A DNA stretch of 64,000 nucleotides. It comes from an uncultured Alphaproteobacteria bacterium (GTDB taxonomy: Bacteria > Pseudomonadota > Alphaproteobacteria > Rhizobiales > Rhodomicrobiaceae). The translations under genes were made by a program, and so were the position numbers. Numbering within the stretch: the stretch's first letter is position 1; every line of letters starts with the position of its first letter. Shown here in pieces: positions 61,067-64,000 of the stretch. The notes under the pieces are model-generated. The model ran no database searches and had not been told where the DNA came from. It saw nothing but the letters and a program-made list of their open reading frames with translations. The stretch lies in the NCBI GenBank assembly GCA_963842775.1, contig CAWJHQ010000013.1:162896-226895 (forward strand), read 5' to 3'.

Positions 61067-62674
61067 GTGGGAAAAATCCTCAGTCATATTTCGACCTCCA
61101 GTGAAGAGTTCGTCAGCCACAGGGCATCGTTCGAGGCGCTGAATGCCGAGCTCATGTCGCATCGCAAGCTGGCCGCCGAGGGCGGTCCGCCGGTGGCGCG
61201 TGAACGTCATGCCGCGCGCGGTAAGCTCCTGCCGCGCCAGCGCGTCGCCAAGCTGATCGATCCCGGTTCGGCGTTTCTCGAACTCTCACCCCTTGCCGCG
61301 CATGAGCTTTATGGCGGCGAAGTGCCGGGCGCCGGCATCATTACCGGCGTCGGCCGGGTGTCGGGCCGCGAATGCCTCATCGTCTGCAACGATGCGACGA
61401 TCAAGGGCGGCACCTACTACCCGATGACGGTGAAGAAGCATCTGCGCGCCCAGGAAGTCGCCGAGGCCAACCGTCTGCCCTGCATCTACCTCGTCGATAG
61501 CGGCGGAGCGAACCTGCCTTTCCACACCGAGGTCTTCCCCGACCGCGATCATTTCGGCCGCATCTTCTATAATCAGGCGCGCATGTCGGCGGCCGGCATT
61601 CCGCAGATCGCGGTGGTGATGGGGTCGTGCACGGCGGGCGGCGCGTATGTTCCGGCCATGTCGGACGAGACGGTCATCGTGCGCAATCAGGGCACGATCT
61701 TTCTCGGCGGCCCGCCGCTGGTGAAGGCGGCGACCGGCGAGACGGTGACGGCCGAAGAACTCGGCGGGGCCGAGGTCCACACCCGCAAATCCGGCGTCGC
61801 CGATCACTATGCCGAGGACGACGAGGACGCGCTCGCCATCGCACGCCGCATCGTCTCCCATCTCAATATCCGCAAAAGCCCCGATCTGGTCTTCGCCGAG
61901 CCGCGCCCGCCCGCCTACGACATGGCCGAGTTGCACGGCATCGTGCCGTCACGTCTGGCGGTGCAATATGATGCGCGCGAGGTGATCGCCCGGCTGGTGG
62001 ACGGCTCCGAGCTGGACGAGTTCAAGGCCAATTACGGCACGACCATCGTCACCGGCTTCGCCCATCTGGAAGGTATTCCGGTGGGCGTGATCGCCAATAA
62101 CGGCATCCTCTATTCGGAATCGGCGCTGAAGGCGGCACATTTCATCGAGCTGTGCTGTAAGCGGCGCATTCCCCTGCTGTTCCTGCAGAACATCGCCGGC
62201 TTCATCGTCGGCCGGTCCTATGAGGCGGGCGGCATCGCCAAGGACGGCGCGAAAATGGTGATGGCCGTCGCCTGCGCCAATGTACCGAAGCTGACGCTGA
62301 TCATCGGCGGTTCTTACGGCGCCGGCAATTACGCCATGTGCGGACGCGCCTATGCGCCGCGCTTCCTGTTCTCCTGGCCGAATTCGCGGATTTCGGTGAT
62401 GGGCGGCGAACAGGCGTCCAGCGTTCTCGCGACCGTGCGTCGCGAGCGCATCGAGGCGGACGGCGGGAGCTGGGACGCGGCCGAGGAGGAGGCGTTCAAA
62501 GCGCCGATCCGCGATCAATATGACCGGGAAGGCAGCCCCTATTTTGCCACCGCCCGCCTGTGGGACGATGGGATCATCACGCCGCTCGAAAGCCGCCGCG
62601 TGCTGTCGCTTGCGCTCTCCGCTGCGCTGAATGCGCCCATTCCCGACACTGCATACGGAATTTTCCGGATGTAA
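61067..62674 (+). CDS. Acyl-CoA carboxylase carboxyltransferase (beta) subunit, methylcrotonyl-CoA/propionyl-CoA carboxylase type
   Basis: ...[33 protein letters not shown]...[28 protein letters not shown]...; GTG start. Confidence 0.9.
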   Translation: MGKILSHISTSSEEFVSHRASFEALNAELMSHRKLAAEGGPPVARERHAARGKLLPRQRVAKLIDPGSAFLELSPLAAHELYGGEVPGAGIITGVGRVSGRECLIVCNDATIKGGTYYPMTVKKHLRAQEVAEANRLPCIYLVDSGGANLPFHTEVFPDRDHFGRIFYNQARMSAAGIPQIAVVMGSCTAGGAYVPAMSDETVIVRNQGTIFLGGPPLVKAATGETVTAEELGGAEVHTRKSGVADHYAEDDEDALAIARRIVSHLNIRKSPDLVFAEPRPPAYDMAELHGIVPSRLAVQYDAREVIARLVDGSELDEFKANYGTTIVTGFAHLEGIPVGVIANNGILYSESALKAAHFIELCCKRRIPLLFLQNIAGFIVGRSYEAGGIAKDGAKMVMAVACANVPKLTLIIGGSYGAGNYAMCGRAYAPRFLFSWPNSRISVMGGEQASSVLATVRRERIEADGGSWDAAEEEAFKAPIRDQYDREGSPYFATARLWDDGIITPLESRRVLSLALSAALNAPIPDTAYGIFRM

Positions 62675-62962
62675 TCAGAGTAAGCATTGTGCAACTCTTG
62701 CATCGGATCTTCAGAAAACTGATCCGGTATCAGCAAAACAGGCACAGATAATTCCTAAAAAATTTGATCTATTGGAATTGTGCTCGTTTGCTATTTGGCA
62801 AAACTGCCCATATGGCGACAAAAACGCGAATTTTTACCTGATTTAGCGCCAATTCAAAACATGATTTGAAACGGCCTGTTTAGGCGCGAGGACTATTTCT
62901 GGCGGGGAGGCTGTATTTTTGCCTCCTGCCTGGCGCCGCTGGATATTCGGCGGTCAAAGCGG

Positions 62963-63721
62963 ATGAGGTTTGCTGTGGAATTCGGCTATGATTTTGGTCT
63001 GGTCGCCGTATCGATCGCGATAGCGATCCTGGGCTCGTTTACGGGACTGGTCGTGACAACCGGCATAAGGCACGTTCAAGGACCGGAACTGGGGTTGCGG
63101 GTCATCCTCGGGGGGCTCGGCGTCGGCGGCGGCGTCTGGTCCATGCATTTTATTTCGATGCTGGCCGTGATCCTGCCGGTTCCGCTCAGCTATGACCTCG
63201 CCGAGACGGCCCTCTCCGCTGTCCTGGCCGTGATATTCACTTCGATCGCATTCGCGATCGTCGGGCGCAATGCGTTCGGCAAATATACGCTCCTTGTCAG
63301 TGCTCTGTTTCTAGGAACGGGCATCGCCGTGATGCACTATCTCGGGATGTATGCGGTACGGGGCAACTGCATCGTCACCTATTCCTGGCTAGGCGTGTCG
63401 ATCTCGGTGGCGATCGCGATCGAGGCATCCGGCGTAGCGCTATGGTTCGCATTCCGCGAGCGCGGCGTGATCGACACGCTGCTCGGCGCCGTTGCCTTGG
63501 GGCTGGCCATTGCCTCGATGCATTATTCGGGAATGGAGGCGACGCGTTTCCTGCCGGCGGAGAACGGGGCCGAGCTTTTCCAGGGCGCCCTCTCCAAGGC
63601 GCATCTCGCGATCGCCATTTCGTTCACGATCTACACCGTTTGCGGCATGTGCATATTCGTGTTCGCCTTCCGCACCTTTTCCAGACGGACGGTATCGACG
63701 GTGCGGACAAGGCTCAATTGA
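62963..63721 (+). CDS. Stand-alone MHYT-domain membrane protein (three MHYT repeats), putative gas/redox sensor module
   Basis: WSMHFISM, AVMHYLGM and ASMHYSGM on alternating TM helices. Confidence 0.8.
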   Translation: MRFAVEFGYDFGLVAVSIAIAILGSFTGLVVTTGIRHVQGPELGLRVILGGLGVGGGVWSMHFISMLAVILPVPLSYDLAETALSAVLAVIFTSIAFAIVGRNAFGKYTLLVSALFLGTGIAVMHYLGMYAVRGNCIVTYSWLGVSISVAIAIEASGVALWFAFRERGVIDTLLGAVALGLAIASMHYSGMEATRFLPAENGAELFQGALSKAHLAIAISFTIYTVCGMCIFVFAFRTFSRRTVSTVRTRLN

Positions 63722-64000
63722 GATTGCGCGGCTGCTTCTCGGGCATGGGGACCGCTTCGGCCGGTTGCGCCGCCGCCGAGGTCTCGGCCGCGACGATCAG
63801 TTCAGGGCGGTATTCGAAATGGAGCGTGTCGAAATGGTACCATTTCCCGCCCCATATGAAGCCGTGCTTCTCGAAAATCGCCGCGATCTCCCACGGAACC
63901 TGATTGCGATAGCGTAGGTCTTCCGACCGCCTCGGCCTGTTCCATTCCCAATAATCGCCGAACTTGGCGTTGATATCGATCGCGATGCCGAAGCCATGCG
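63714..64000 (-). CDS. M15 family metallopeptidase (VanY/D,D- or L,D-carboxypeptidase-like), C-terminal part; the gene runs off the window end
   Basis: The minus frame reads ...HGFGIAIDINAKFGDYWEW...FEKHGFIWGGKWYHFDTLHFEYRPELI. Its stop overlaps the MHYT gene end by 8 bp. Confidence 0.6.
   Translation of the reverse strand, partial: HGFGIAIDINAKFGDYWEWNRPRRSEDLRYRNQVPWEIAAIFEKHGFIWGGKWYHFDTLHFEYRPELIVAAETSAAAQPAEAVPMPEKQPRNLN

Overview
This 64-kb window is GC-rich (roughly 65% GC) and looks like an alphaproteobacterial, Rhizobiales-like chromosome. It spans the dnaA locus: rpsT, a hypothetical gene, dnaA, dnaN, recF and gyrB at 44.2-52.5 kb. Upstream (1-44 kb) are cell-envelope and housekeeping genes: a partial D-Ala-D-Ala carboxypeptidase with rlpA, lepA, a DJ-1/PfpI protein, a CoA-transferase, a DctP-type and a complete TAXI-type TRAP transporter, a PaaK-like ligase, a PagL-like lipid A deacylase, a Zn alcohol dehydrogenase, an ArsR/SRPBCC/GyrI-like trio, glk, an otsA-GH15-otsB trehalose cluster, ubiB and ubiE, mutM, an enoyl-CoA hydratase and others. 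Downstream of gyrB (52.5-60.5 kb) sits a lower-GC islet of capsule/LPS-type glycosyltransferases, a Usg-like protein, a CX5R phosphatase and a GTPase-DUF697 fusion, followed by a rhodanese, an acyl-CoA carboxyltransferase, an MHYT sensor and a partial M15 peptidase. At least 14 genes, including the essential dnaA and gyrB, are split by apparent +/-1 frameshifts, so the assembly most likely carries uncorrected indel errors and individual pseudogene calls are unsafe. No CRISPR array, IS element, transposase, integrase or rRNA gene was found. The unexplained structure worth a second look is non-coding or small: (i) a tandemly duplicated ~610-bp cassette at 28.27-29.36 kb holding pairs of tRNA-like modules, whose first members have the anticodon loop replaced by a GNRA tetraloop and one carries a G3:U70 alanine/tmRNA-type acceptor stem; (ii) a five-copy ~100-nt two-hairpin element with compensatory stem changes, mostly just 5' of genes; (iii) two further intergenic hairpin-repeat families; (iv) a double-glycine-leader, glycine-rich peptide gene next to a 49-aa membrane protein in a low-GC gap; (v) a compositionally chimeric protein (GC-rich Ig-like exodomain, a TM helix and Arg-rich helix, then a ~45% GC four-TM module).
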